DNA from: an uncultured Eubacteriales bacterium | Lineage (GTDB): Bacteria > Bacillota > Clostridia > Oscillospirales > CAG-272 | Length of the DNA stretch: 64,000 nt | Direction of reading: 5' to 3' | NCBI GenBank assembly: GCA_934365155.1 | Contig: CAKRMZ010000004.1 | Coordinates: 2,283-66,282 of the forward strand | Notes under the pieces: generated by a model | Database searches by the model: none | What the model saw: the letters and a program-made list of their open reading frames with translations, nothing else | Told to the model about the DNA's origin: nothing | In this document: one piece after another, positions 37,628 to 47,374 of the stretch | Position numbering within the stretch: position 1 is the first letter of the stretch | How the letters are laid out: every line of letters starts with the position of its first letter | Position numbers and translations under genes: made by a program

Positions 37628-38548
37628 CTATGAACATTTCGGAATACGAATCACAAATTCAATTTCGTTATCCCTTTCATTTTTCTGGCTCATCACAGCA
37701 ACTCCCGTACTTTTAATTGTCGAAATTGCCCGATCCACCGTATTAATAAACAAGCGAATATCTTTAGGGACAAACGAACGCTTCGGAACATCCCGCATCG
37801 GAGCTTTATGCAGCGCGGCCTCGACCAATTCCTCGGTTTGCTGCACATTGCGGTGTCCGGACACCACTTTCTCCAAAATCTTTTTTCTTTTTTCTACCGA
37901 ATCAATGCGAATCAAAGCACGCGCATGACGCTCCGTCAGCCCCGCGTCCAAAATAATGGCCCGTTCCTCCTGGGTCAACCGCAGAATACGCATTTTATTT
38001 CCGATAAACGATTGACTGACCGAAAGCCTTTTTGCTAAGTCCTGTTGTGTTGCTCCATACACATCCATCATCGTGGAAACGGCGCAAGCCTGTTCAAAAA
38101 AATTCAAATCTTCCCGCTGAATATTTTCAACCAAAGCAAGCTCCGCCGATTGACGTCGGTCAATCGGCAGCAGAACACAAGGCACCTTCTCGATTCCGAG
38201 CAATTTGCAAGCACGCAAACGACGTTCGCCCGCAACCATTTCATACAGTCCGCCGAAGGACTCTCGTTCCGGGCGAAGCTCCCGCACACAAAGCGGCTGC
38301 AAAATGCCGTGAATCCGAATGCTTTCAGCCAGGGCAAACAGCTTTTCATCCTCAAAATCATGGCGCGGCTGAGACGGATTCGGACAAATGCGTCCGACTT
38401 CGATCCACAAAATTTTCCCGATCGGCGTCTCCCGCCGCTCAGAAAGCACCTCTGCGTATACTGTTTCATTTTTTGTTTCGGATTTTTGAGCGTTTTTTCG
38501 ATGTCCAAAGGAATCGATTCTTCGATTTTCTTTTAAAAAAGCAATCAT
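37628..38548 (-). CDS. noc: ParB-family protein, nucleoid occlusion protein Noc-like
   Basis: 306 aa. ParB box GERRLRACK and HTH ATQQDLAKRLSVSQSFIGNKMRIL. It sits upstream of soj-spo0J, as noc does in Firmicutes. Confidence 0.7.
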   Translation of the reverse strand: MIAFLKENRRIDSFGHRKNAQKSETKNETVYAEVLSERRETPIGKILWIEVGRICPNPSQPRHDFEDEKLFALAESIRIHGILQPLCVRELRPERESFGGLYEMVAGERRLRACKLLGIEKVPCVLLPIDRRQSAELALVENIQREDLNFFEQACAVSTMMDVYGATQQDLAKRLSVSQSFIGNKMRILRLTQEERAIILDAGLTERHARALIRIDSVEKRKKILEKVVSGHRNVQQTEELVEAALHKAPMRDVPKRSFVPKDIRLFINTVDRAISTIKSTGVAVMSQKNERDNEIEFVIRIPKCS

Positions 38549-38707
38549 TTCTTATTTCCCTCTCTTTTTCTCGTTTCCCGTTTTTGCAATATGATGATAT
38601 CGTAAATTTACAATATTTTCCAGAGAATTGTGGCGGAAGAAAACGTTTCTTTTTCACTACTTTTCAGATTTTAGGAAGAAAAAGGAAGAATTTACCAATC
38701 TCGCAAA

Positions 38708-38760
38708 AAAAGACGACCCGAAAAACGAAAGTTTGCATCCGTTTTCGGCATCGTCTTTTC
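38708..38760 (-). terminator. intrinsic terminator of the 38770-41103 gene
   Basis: AAGACGA.CCGAAAA(A)CG...CGTTTTCGG.ATCGTCTT hairpin with a T7 run on the minus strand. Confidence 0.75.
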
Positions 38761-38769
38761 CCCGGTTTT

Positions 38770-41103
38770 TTATTTTATCGCCTCTGCAGTGCTTGAATGC
38801 TGCCGCTGCTCAATTACACGAAGGATTTTTTCTTTCGAAGCTCCGATAATTTCCTCCGCCGCTTCCGCATCGTATGCGTCAGCCATCAAGGAAAAACCGC
38901 CCTCTCGTTTCGGAACAATGTGCACATCTCCGTATCCGAAATTGAGTCGGATTCCCTCGCCGCCGTAATCGATCGAATCTCCGCTTTCAAACAGCGCACG
39001 CATAACGTACGTCTTATCCTCATCCCGCGCTTCCAGTTCATCAAAGCAAACATAAAAATCCGGAAGCTCCATCAGCAATTCCCTCACGGTTTTCCGTTCT
39101 CTGGATATGCGCCGACAAAGCCACAAGGAGGCAATCACCCCGTCACGCAAAAAGCTCTGTTTCGACGCCAAGGCGCGAGCCTGCTTTTCCGCTTTGCTCT
39201 GTACGGCAGGAGAGCGCACATATCGCAGCACCGTAAAGCCGGCGTCCCGCGCGGTTCTTTCAATGACCTCCGGCGCCGTATAGGGCAGGCTTAACTCTTC
39301 GCAGCCGAGCTCCTGCCTTGCCGCAATAATCATTGCGATCATATGCCAACGGTCCGCAAAATATACGGTATCTCCGGAAATCTGACTGGCACAAAATTCA
39401 AGACCGCTGTCATCAATATCAATATATAAATAATCCCGCCGTTCGGGATCCCGACCGATTTTCACATCCGCCCCGAGCGCCGATGCAATCTTCGCAAACA
39501 AACGGGACGGTACATTATCGCGCACACAAATTCGCATTCCTTCCAAGGAAACTCCACTCGAAACAAACGATGTTTGAATTTGAGATAAATATAACGCGTC
39601 GGCACATTCGATCCTGTGCATCTTCTGTACCGCTGCAGCGCTACAGCGTTTGGCTGTTGCATGCATAATTTCCGTTTCAAATTTTCGCTCCGCGTCACGG
39701 GCGGGATATAAGCCGTTGCCGTCATACAAACAAACCGTCACATTTTCCGTTTCATTCATCGAAACATGCAACATTAGATCGAGAGAAAGATCCGTCGCAC
39801 ATTTCGCCGCAACACACTCCGGTACCGAGGAAATCAAATATACCTCGGCTCCCTGCGCCAACGCCGCATATCCCATCAAAGAAGCAAACGCTTCGGCTGC
39901 ATCATCACGGTCCCAAGCAATCCCGATACGTCCGCGCGAAGCACCGGCCGCCGCTGCACCGATTTTTGCGGCAAACGACACATCAAAATCCTCTCCGTAT
40001 TTTCCGCAGATTCCGTGGTCGCCTAAAATATTACGGCGCGGAGTCCCGAAAATCAAATCTCGGCTCTGAGTGGTTGCAGCGCCGATCTGTTTGTCATTCC
40101 AAACCAATATATCGTTTGAAAAACTCACGCGGGGACCGATTACACTCCCCTCTCCGATGACACAGCCACGCGGAATTCGCGCATTGTTTTCCACAATAAC
40201 CCGACTGCAAATAATCGAATTATCGATAGTCGCTCCGGAGGATACGCTGACATGCTCAAACAGAATCGCCCCGTTCAATTTCGCCCCCCGTTGAACCCGG
40301 CAGTGAGCACCGATAATGCATCCCTCTCCAATCTCGGCACCCTCTTCGATTTCCGCCTCAGGATCGATATACCGATCTTTTCCTTCCTGTTCCAAAAGAT
40401 CCATATTACAGCGATAGAACGCAGAAATATTGCCGATATCACACCAATATCCATTCGCCTGATAAGCATAGATCGCTTTTCCTTCCCGAAGAAACTTCGG
40501 AAACAGATCCTTCGCAAAGTCATACGGCCGATCCGCGGGAATTTCTTCCAAAATTTTTTTGGAAAAGATATAAATTCCTGTATTCACCTGATCCGAAAAG
40601 CTTTGTTCAATCGCCGGTTTTTCCACAAAGCCGGCGATTTTACCATCCGAGCCGCTGATTACAACGCCGTATTCGGAAGGCGACGTACAAGGATAGACCA
40701 AAACAGTCGCATCACTCCGGCGCTCCCGATGAAAAGCAATCGCAGCGCTCAAATCAAAATCACAAATTGCATCGCCGCTGATCACCAAAAAATCACCGTC
40801 AATAAAATTTTCCGCCGCCTTAACGCTTCCTGCGGTTCCCATCGGATGTTCTTCCTCATAATACCGCAGTCGGATGTTTGCATACTCATCCTGAAAATAT
40901 TCCCGAATCATACCCGACAAATAATGTGTAGTAACCACTGCATCCCGCACACCGTGCTGTGAGAGCAGCTTTAATATATGCGCCATTACCGGTTGCGCTA
41001 CAACCGGCGCAAGCGGCTTCGGCATTTTACAGGTAATCGGCCGTAATCGACTTCCTTCGCCTCCGGCCAAAATCACCGCATTCATTGGACTTAAATTTTT
41101 CAT
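38770..41103 (-). CDS. sugar-1-phosphate nucleotidyltransferase fused to a left-handed beta-helix and a phosphohexomutase-like C-terminal region
   Basis: 777 aa. N-terminal AVILAGGEGSRLRPIT...KPL NTP-transferase motif, hexapeptide repeats in the middle, and a PGM/PMM-like four-domain tail whose active-site loops look degenerate (see findings). Confidence 0.75.
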   Translation of the reverse strand: MKNLSPMNAVILAGGEGSRLRPITCKMPKPLAPVVAQPVMAHILKLLSQHGVRDAVVTTHYLSGMIREYFQDEYANIRLRYYEEEHPMGTAGSVKAAENFIDGDFLVISGDAICDFDLSAAIAFHRERRSDATVLVYPCTSPSEYGVVISGSDGKIAGFVEKPAIEQSFSDQVNTGIYIFSKKILEEIPADRPYDFAKDLFPKFLREGKAIYAYQANGYWCDIGNISAFYRCNMDLLEQEGKDRYIDPEAEIEEGAEIGEGCIIGAHCRVQRGAKLNGAILFEHVSVSSGATIDNSIICSRVIVENNARIPRGCVIGEGSVIGPRVSFSNDILVWNDKQIGAATTQSRDLIFGTPRRNILGDHGICGKYGEDFDVSFAAKIGAAAAGASRGRIGIAWDRDDAAEAFASLMGYAALAQGAEVYLISSVPECVAAKCATDLSLDLMLHVSMNETENVTVCLYDGNGLYPARDAERKFETEIMHATAKRCSAAAVQKMHRIECADALYLSQIQTSFVSSGVSLEGMRICVRDNVPSRLFAKIASALGADVKIGRDPERRDYLYIDIDDSGLEFCASQISGDTVYFADRWHMIAMIIAARQELGCEELSLPYTAPEVIERTARDAGFTVLRYVRSPAVQSKAEKQARALASKQSFLRDGVIASLWLCRRISRERKTVRELLMELPDFYVCFDELEARDEDKTYVMRALFESGDSIDYGGEGIRLNFGYGDVHIVPKREGGFSLMADAYDAEAAEEIIGASKEKILRVIEQRQHSSTAEAIK

Positions 41104-41245
41104 TTCATATTCCTTTTTAAATCAGAAGATTTGCCGTTCTTAGTGTACGGTTTTTTTTCGGTTTTATTCAATTTCTATGTGATAGGAATGCATATTATTC
41201 AAAAAAATGGAAAACCTATGCTTATCTTTGATATGTGGAGGAGTT

Positions 41246-41548
41246 ATGATTAAAGGCTTTGAACGAAAAATCATTATGGTAAAAAATACCGGGAATCCGT
41301 ATTTTGAAGAAGCATACTTTATTGTGAAAAAAAATTTCGACTTGCCGGCACAAGCCGATATTGTCCGCGAAGCCAACTTAATCGTGCAAAACGAAGTCGT
41401 CGGCCTTTATCAAAGCGAAACTGCACATGCCTCCGAAAACAAAAAGGGCATTTTTTCCAAAAAAGGAAAACGCTCGGATTTCTTTTGGTTCGCTTGCGGC
41501 AACCTCTGCGGCATCATTCTTACCGCCCTGCTGTTTTTATGGAAATAA
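41246..41548 (+). CDS. small protein with a C-terminal TM helix, unknown function
   Basis: ATG 41246 behind GGAGGAG. MIKGFERKIIMVKNTGNPYFEEAYFIVKK... and a C-terminal hydrophobic helix. Confidence 0.5.
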   Translation: MIKGFERKIIMVKNTGNPYFEEAYFIVKKNFDLPAQADIVREANLIVQNEVVGLYQSETAHASENKKGIFSKKGKRSDFFWFACGNLCGIILTALLFLWK

Positions 41549-41751
41549 AAAGGTTTTTTGGAATTTTTTTCATTAATTTTTGTGAATTCTTCATTCTCGG
41601 CAAGGATACACCAATTTTGGAAAATATCTTACATTGAATTTGCACTTTGCTTCTGTTACACTGTGTTCAGATGGAAAAAACAATTCCCTCTGTGCTTGCT
41701 CGTTTTATTAAGAGCAGCAATCCAGTTTCTTTGCAAAGGAGTGTATCGAAA

Positions 41752-42636
41752 ATGAAAAGAAATAAAATGAAATGGATTGGACTCGGACTCAGTGTAATGC
41801 TTTGCAGCGGTATTTTAGCGGCAAATGCACAGGCTCTCTGTCCCACACAAATTTTGCAAAATGCCGGCATTGTATCTGCTATTACCGAAAAAGCAGGAGA
41901 GTCTTCCTGTCAAAGCAAAATCGCCGGTGTTGATTTTGCTGAAATTATGAAAGGATTGAATATATCCTGCACGGACAATTCAAATACAAACATATTGACA
42001 GAGGACTTGCTCAGCAAGCTTCAAAGCAACACAGAATGCAACTCGGAGCAATTGACAAAGCTGATTGAAGAGTTAAAAAAATCCGCTTGCAATAAAGACA
42101 GCATCATAACCCCGCCGTCAAATGAAGAAAATTGCACAAACGGCAACTGTGAATCTCAGGTACCCGACACCACTCTGCCGGAGCAAAACAACGAAAACTG
42201 CACAAGCGGCAACTGCGAACCTCAGACACCCGACACCACTCTGCCGGAGCAGAACAACTCGGCGGACTACGCAAAAGAAATTCTTGATTTAGTGAACCAA
42301 GAACGCCAAAAGGCCGGACTGAACGCTCTCGAGCTGGATGCCGCTCTTTGCAACGCCGCGCAAACACGCTCCCAAGAACAAACCGTCGTATTCTCTCACA
42401 CCCGTCCGAACGGGCAAAGCTGCTTCAGCGTGCTTGACGAAAACGGAATCTCCTATCGCGGTGCCGGCGAAAACATTGCCATGGGCCAGCGCAGCGCCGA
42501 AGAAGTGATGAACGGCTGGATGAATTCCGAAGGACATCGGGCGAACATTTTGAATTCAAGCTTTACAAAACTCGGCGTAGGATGCTATCAAGACAGCGCC
42601 GGAAAGCTTTATTGGACACAGTTATTTACTTACTGA
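41752..42636 (+). CDS. secreted CAP/SCP (PR-1-like, YkwD-type) domain protein
   Basis: ATG 41752 behind AAAGGAG, with a signal peptide. The C-terminal CAP domain has ...GENIAMGQRSAEEVMNGWMNSEGHRANIL...LGVGCY. Confidence 0.8.
   Translation: MKRNKMKWIGLGLSVMLCSGILAANAQALCPTQILQNAGIVSAITEKAGESSCQSKIAGVDFAEIMKGLNISCTDNSNTNILTEDLLSKLQSNTECNSEQLTKLIEELKKSACNKDSIITPPSNEENCTNGNCESQVPDTTLPEQNNENCTSGNCEPQTPDTTLPEQNNSADYAKEILDLVNQERQKAGLNALELDAALCNAAQTRSQEQTVVFSHTRPNGQSCFSVLDENGISYRGAGENIAMGQRSAEEVMNGWMNSEGHRANILNSSFTKLGVGCYQDSAGKLYWTQLFTY
42127..42258 (+). repeat. two tandem 66-nt in-frame repeats (ENCT[NS]GNCE.Q.PDTTLPEQNN)
   Basis: A direct duplication is visible at both nucleotide and protein level inside the CAP-protein linker. 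Confidence 0.9.
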
Positions 42637-42651
42637 AACATTCGCCATTAT

Positions 42652-42692
42652 AAAAACGGAACGGGATGCGTACGCATCCCGTTCCGTTTTTT
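42652..42692 (+). terminator. intrinsic terminator
   Basis: ACGGAACGGGATGCG-ta-CGCATCCCGTTCCGT followed by a T-run. Confidence 0.9.
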
Positions 42693-42860
42693 ATTTTAAA
42701 AGTTGCTTTCTACCCAAAATTTGCTTTCGCATAAAAAAATAAAATATAGAATGTGTCGAATGTTTGCTGTTGACAATTTAAACAATCAATTTTATAATGA
42801 GATCAGAATAAGTTATATCTTTTTCGCTTCTTCCACTATAAATCAGAAAGAAGGGGTTTT

Positions 42861-43493
42861 ATGAAAACGATCATTACAATCGGCAGACAATTCGGCAGCG
42901 GAGGTCACGATATCGGAAAGATGGTGGCCGAAAGGCTGAATATTCCGTTTTATGACAAAGAGCTGATCACTTTAGCCGCAAAAGAGCACGGATATGCACC
43001 GGAAATCTTTGAAAAAGCGGATGAAACCGCTTCCAACAGCTTCTTATACGCGTTGTCCACCGGTGCTTTCATGGTCGGTCACGCCTACAATGCGCAAACG
43101 GCAATTCCGATTACCGATAAACTGTATATTGCACAGTCCAACATTATCAAAGAAGCCGCAGAAAAAGGCTCTTGCGTCATCGTCGGCCGCTGCGCAGACT
43201 CGGTCTTAATGGATGATCCCGCCCTGGTATCGGTCTTTATCCATGCAGACTTGCAGAACCGTATCCGGCGAATTATGAAAAAATATGACACCGATGAGTC
43301 CAAAGCACACGAAATGATTCGCAAAAACGACAAACGCCGCGCGAATTACTATAATTTCTATTCCAGCAAAAAGTGGAGCAATACCGATAGCTATCATTTG
43401 GCAATCGATTCCGGCGTCGTCAATACCGAAGGCGCCGCTCAGTTAATCTGCGATTTCGTAAAAATTCGGGAAGAATCCCAAAACAAGCACTGA
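42861..43493 (+). CDS. cytidylate kinase-like family protein (P-loop)
   Basis: MKTIITIGRQFGSGGHDIGKMVAERLNIPFYDKELI, the characteristic N-terminus of the Cytidylate_kin2-type family. Confidence 0.7.
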   Translation: MKTIITIGRQFGSGGHDIGKMVAERLNIPFYDKELITLAAKEHGYAPEIFEKADETASNSFLYALSTGAFMVGHAYNAQTAIPITDKLYIAQSNIIKEAAEKGSCVIVGRCADSVLMDDPALVSVFIHADLQNRIRRIMKKYDTDESKAHEMIRKNDKRRANYYNFYSSKKWSNTDSYHLAIDSGVVNTEGAAQLICDFVKIREESQNKH

Positions 43494-43526
43494 GATCGCT
43501 CTTAATTTAAAAAGACACTTCCAATC

Positions 43527-43570
43527 AAAAACTCCGAGGACAGGCATGGGCAGTCTGTCCTCGGAGTTTT
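43527..43570 (+). terminator. intrinsic terminator
   Basis: ACTCCGAGGACAG...CTGTCCTCGGAGT followed by TTTT. Confidence 0.9.
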
Positions 43571-43596
43571 ATCTTTTGAAAATATAAAAACCCGAC

Positions 43597-43647
43597 TTGA
43601 CAATAATACGAAATCGTATTATAATATAAATACGATTTCGTATTATT
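43597..43647 (+). promoter_or_regulatory. consensus sigma-A promoter embedded in a perfect 19-bp inverted repeat (candidate MarR operator)
   Basis: TTGACA (43597-43602), 17 nt, TATAAT (43620-43625). The IR is AATAATACGAAATCGTATT (43602-43620), an 8-nt spacer, and AATACGATTTCGTATTATT (43629-43647). Confidence 0.75.
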
Positions 43648-43668
43648 GCAGTGAGGGGGTGGTTTACC

Positions 43669-44094
43669 ATGGAACAACGAGACGCAATTCGTCGAATTAT
43701 GATTTCGGTCAATCGCATCGACGGCATTTACGAGAAAGTGTCCAAGCAGCTCGGCGTCAAGGCAAACATAATATGGTTTTTATATGCACTTGACGATGGC
43801 AGCCCTCATTCTCAAAAACAACTGTGCGAGGAGTGGATGTGGCCGCGCACAACATTAAACACCATTATACAAGAATGTATTGATAAAGGGTATGTCACAT
43901 TAGAGCCGATTTTAGGAAAGCGCCGCGAAATGTACATCCGCCAAACCGAAGCCGGAAAGGCTTATGCACGAAAAGCCCTTGACGAAATCTACAACGCCGA
44001 GGGAGAAGCTTTAACAAAATCCCTGATACAATCGCAAGCAATTTTAGAACTTGAACAGTTCTGCAATGAGCTCAAAATCGCGTTTGAGCTGTGA
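43669..44094 (+). CDS. MarR-family transcriptional regulator
   Basis: ATG 43669 behind GAGGGGG. Winged-helix segment ...HSQKQLCEEWMWPRTTLNTIIQECIDKGYVTLEPILGKRREMYIRQTEAG. Confidence 0.75.
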   Translation: MEQRDAIRRIMISVNRIDGIYEKVSKQLGVKANIIWFLYALDDGSPHSQKQLCEEWMWPRTTLNTIIQECIDKGYVTLEPILGKRREMYIRQTEAGKAYARKALDEIYNAEGEALTKSLIQSQAILELEQFCNELKIAFEL

Positions 44095-44115
44095 TCATAC
44101 CCGTGAAAGGATTTT

Positions 44116-44631
44116 ATGATCACGACCCGAAAAATAAGCAAAAACTCCATTGATTTTCAAAAAGTAAAAAATTTATACCGATCCGCGTTTCCGAAGGAAG
44201 AACGCGTTCCAATAAAGAACCTGCTCGATACCACACAAAGTGAATTACTTGCATACTATGACAGGCAAACCTTCTGCGGATTTTGTTCGCTGCTGTCGCT
44301 CGGCGATATCACTCATATTCTCTTCTTCGCCATCAGCAAATCGCTGCGGGGAAAAGGTTACGGCTCCGCAATTTTGAATCAAATTTCAAAAACACATGCC
44401 GATCAGCGAATCATTTTAGATATCGAAGCCGTTGACCCGAAAGCCCCAAACTACGCACAGCGCGTTCGCAGGAAAGCCTTCTATCTCAAAAACGGATACC
44501 GGGAGGCTGACATTCGTTACCGTTGGCATAACGTATCCTACGAAATTTTAGTTAAAAACGGAACCATCTGCCGCCGGGAATGGGCTGCATTTTGGGATTA
44601 TTTTGACAAAGCCGGTCAGAAAGGATGGTGA
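44116..44631 (+). CDS. GNAT-family N-acetyltransferase
   Basis: 171 aa with the motif A-like segment SLRGKGYGSAIL. Confidence 0.75.
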   Translation: MITTRKISKNSIDFQKVKNLYRSAFPKEERVPIKNLLDTTQSELLAYYDRQTFCGFCSLLSLGDITHILFFAISKSLRGKGYGSAILNQISKTHADQRIILDIEAVDPKAPNYAQRVRRKAFYLKNGYREADIRYRWHNVSYEILVKNGTICRREWAAFWDYFDKAGQKGW

Positions 44632-44636
44632 TATTT

Positions 44637-45104
44637 ATGTCTTTAAAAGAAACGACGCAGATCCGAAAAGCCAATGGAAACGACGCAGAGGATTTTTTCA
44701 ATATGAGCCGAGAATTTTATGCCTCCGATGCGGTTTTGCATAATGTCAGCAGCACGCATCATACGGATGCATGGAACGAAATCATGCGATCGGATGAATA
44801 TCTATATTGCTGTATATTCGAACAAAACCGAAAGGCAATCGGATATGCGCTTTTAACGAAAAGCTACAGCCGGGAAGCCGGAGGTATCACCGTGTGGCTC
44901 GACGAGTTTTACATTCGCCCGGATTATCGGGGGCAGGGACTCGGGAGCCGATTTTTAAAATGGCTTGAAAAAAATATTCCGGCCGCGAGATATCGGCTGG
45001 AAGTCGAACCGCAAAATATCGGTGCCACAGCGCTTTACAGACGGATGGGATATCAGAATATCCCCTATATCCAAATGGCAAAGGACAGTTCCGTTCAAAA
45101 ATAA
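44637..45104 (+). CDS. GNAT-family N-acetyltransferase
   Basis: Motif YRGQGLGSRFL. The start is ATG 44637 (5 nt after the upstream stop) or ATG 44625. Confidence 0.75.
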   Translation: MSLKETTQIRKANGNDAEDFFNMSREFYASDAVLHNVSSTHHTDAWNEIMRSDEYLYCCIFEQNRKAIGYALLTKSYSREAGGITVWLDEFYIRPDYRGQGLGSRFLKWLEKNIPAARYRLEVEPQNIGATALYRRMGYQNIPYIQMAKDSSVQK

Positions 45105-45120
45105 AAATTGCAGCGTTCTA

Positions 45121-45855
45121 TTATAACGGGGACGCTGCAATTTTTTGATATCGCCGCGGATATATCGCCGGCGTAGATTTTATTTTTTTGATTTGAATCA
45201 CCGTCCGTGCGCCAAGCTCTGTCGCATCATCCCGAAGTATGCGGGAAACCACGGACTCCGTCCTTGCACCGAGTATGGCAATTCCGCGTTCGGCCTCTTG
45301 CGCTTCCTCACGCCCTCCGGGGCCTTTCATCGCTAAGAAAATGCCCTTGTTTTTGCAAAACGGCAGACAAAGCTCCGATAAAATATTCAGTGCGGCAACC
45401 GCACGGGCCGTCACCACATCATATTGTTCCCGAAACTGCGGTAAATGAGCCAGCTCTTCCGCTCGACCGACCGCAACCGTCACTTGACTAAGCCCCAAAA
45501 GCGACGCTGTGTTGCGCACATAATCCATCTTTTTCTTCGTGCTGTCAAGCGCCGTAATCTGCAAATCATCGCGCAAAGCCGCCAAAACCAACGACGGGAA
45601 TCCCGCACCGGCACCAACATCCAAAAGTGTGGCATTCAACGGGATATAGGGAATAATGAGCGCACTGTCAAGCAAATGTTTTATAATAATTTCATGCTCG
45701 CTTCGAATCGCCGTCAGATTCATGTACGCGTTCGCACGCATCAGCTCCGCGCTCAACTCATAAAGCGTATCTGCGCCGTTTCCCTGCAAAAGCTCTGCAC
45801 ATTCATGCTCTTCAAAGCTCCGATATAACTGATCGATAAATTCGCTTTTTTCCAT
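45121..45855 (-). CDS. rsmG: 16S rRNA (guanine527-N7)-methyltransferase RsmG/GidB
   Basis: NLTAIRSEHEIIIKHLLDS...LLDVGAGAGFPSLVLA...ITALDSTKKK...VTARAVA pattern. Confidence 0.9.
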   Translation of the reverse strand: MEKSEFIDQLYRSFEEHECAELLQGNGADTLYELSAELMRANAYMNLTAIRSEHEIIIKHLLDSALIIPYIPLNATLLDVGAGAGFPSLVLAALRDDLQITALDSTKKKMDYVRNTASLLGLSQVTVAVGRAEELAHLPQFREQYDVVTARAVAALNILSELCLPFCKNKGIFLAMKGPGGREEAQEAERGIAILGARTESVVSRILRDDATELGARTVIQIKKIKSTPAIYPRRYQKIAASPL

Positions 45856-45858
45856 ATA

Positions 45859-46275
45859 TCAGCTCCTGTGCGAATCCAAATAATTCTGAAGCATAATCTC
45901 GGCGGACAATGTATCCACCACCGTGCGGCGCTTCTTACGTTTGATATCCGTCTCATTGAGATAAACATGCGCCGACGCCGTAGTTAAACGCTCATCATAC
46001 AGCTCTGTCGGAATATCGGTCTGTTCAAGCAGCATCTCACAAAAAAGCTTTGATTTTTCCGAGCGCGGGCCCGCTGTTCCGTTCATATTAACAGGGTTTC
46101 CGATGATAATGCGCTCACACCGCAGCTCCTTGGCTTTTTGTGCTACCTCCCGAGCCGTTTGCGTCAGTCCGACGGTTCGAATAAATCCAATCCCGCTGGC
46201 CAAAAAGCCCGTGGGGTCCGAAACTGCAAGACCCGTGCGAACGTCTCCGAGGTCCACCCCCAATATTCTTGACAT
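45859..46275 (-). CDS. ruvX: Holliday-junction-resolvase-like putative pre-16S rRNA nuclease RuvX/YqgF
   Basis: MSRILGVDLGDVRTGLAVSD...GNPVNMNGTAGPRSE...YDERLTT...LQNYLDS aligns with B. subtilis YrrK. Start trimmed to ATG 46275. Confidence 0.88.
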   Translation of the reverse strand: MSRILGVDLGDVRTGLAVSDPTGFLASGIGFIRTVGLTQTAREVAQKAKELRCERIIIGNPVNMNGTAGPRSEKSKLFCEMLLEQTDIPTELYDERLTTASAHVYLNETDIKRKKRRTVVDTLSAEIMLQNYLDSHRS

Positions 46276-46300
46276 ATTATGATTCCCTTTCCGATACGAT

Positions 46301-47242
46301 TTAAGTTTTTGACTCCTGATTCGCCACAAACACCTTTAATTCCTGAAGTGTCGGCAAAGAGTCAATTTGCTTTGCCTTCGCGGCTCCGAGCGCCAATGCC
46401 GATTCCGCATACCGTACGGCATTCAGCATATCCTGCGAGGACATATATTCCGCAATCAATGCCGCAGCATAGGCAGAGGACAAGGTTGCACGGTCGGCAA
46501 TGTCCAGCGGGTTTCTGCACGAAGTTACAATCTCCATATATTTACCGTCATATACAATACTGCCCCGCGCACCGAGTTCGATGATATAGTATTTTGCCCG
46601 GATATTGACAGAGAGCTGAATTACGGCATCAAAGCAGCGCTGCATATCCGAGGGCAGGATGCCGCAGTAATACGGAATCTCCTCCGAACTTAAAATAAAG
46701 GCTTCCAATGTCGGCATTTCTTCCTTGCAAAACTCAAATTTCGAACAACCCCTGCCGTCAAAGAAAATCGGGACATTTTGCTCCGAGGCAAAGCCCAGCA
46801 CATCCTCGGCAAGAACCGGCCGAATATCCGAGCGTAAATATACCGCATCCGGATAGCAGGTAAAGGCATCCTCGATATCATCCCGGCTCAAAAATTCTCC
46901 AGCGCCGTCAAATACGGTCACACTCTCCTCACCGTTCTCATCATCATGGATAAGAATGGCACCGGTTTTTATTTTCCCGTCACTGACTAAAAATCGAGTA
47001 TCCACACCGAGATCCGAAAGGCTTTGGCGAATCAGACCCCCGTTCATATCCGAACCGATTTTAGAGCACAACACCGAATCCAATCCAAGCTTGGAAAGGG
47101 CAATTGCCGTCAAAGCGGCATTGCCTCCCGGGCAAAAAGCACAGCTTTCCGCACTGCAGCGGCATCCGGGTTTCGGCAAGCGCTGCACCTTGGCATGCAC
47201 ACTGTATAAAGTTTTTCCGACCGAAAGAATTCTGCTGACCAT
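46301..47242 (-). CDS. PfkB/ribokinase-family carbohydrate kinase-like protein
   Basis: N-terminal PGGNAALTAIALSKLGLD motif. The C-terminal DTxGAGD-type motif is poorly conserved (PLDIADRATLSSAY). Confidence 0.55.
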   Translation of the reverse strand: MVSRILSVGKTLYSVHAKVQRLPKPGCRCSAESCAFCPGGNAALTAIALSKLGLDSVLCSKIGSDMNGGLIRQSLSDLGVDTRFLVSDGKIKTGAILIHDDENGEESVTVFDGAGEFLSRDDIEDAFTCYPDAVYLRSDIRPVLAEDVLGFASEQNVPIFFDGRGCSKFEFCKEEMPTLEAFILSSEEIPYYCGILPSDMQRCFDAVIQLSVNIRAKYYIIELGARGSIVYDGKYMEIVTSCRNPLDIADRATLSSAYAAALIAEYMSSQDMLNAVRYAESALALGAAKAKQIDSLPTLQELKVFVANQESKT

Positions 47243-47374
47243 GGAAACAATCTCCTTCTGTAAATTGATTTTTGTTCATGGTTCTTTTCCTTTTTATTAT
47301 ACAATAAAAAAATCATCTTGTAAATAATGTCATAATTATAATCATTTGGTGATACAATATATAGGGTGATAAGC

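Noticed and set aside
34193-38770. oriC / DnaA-box cluster near the partition genes
   Set aside because: I saw no clustered TTATCCACA/TGTGGATAA-like boxes or an AT-rich unwinding element. Only the parS sites were recognised.
38032-38796. 254-aa plus-strand ORF and neighbours (38045-38536, 38104-38508)
   Set aside because: They overlap, in antisense or alternate frames, the ParB-family noc-like gene, which carries clear ParB box and HTH motifs.
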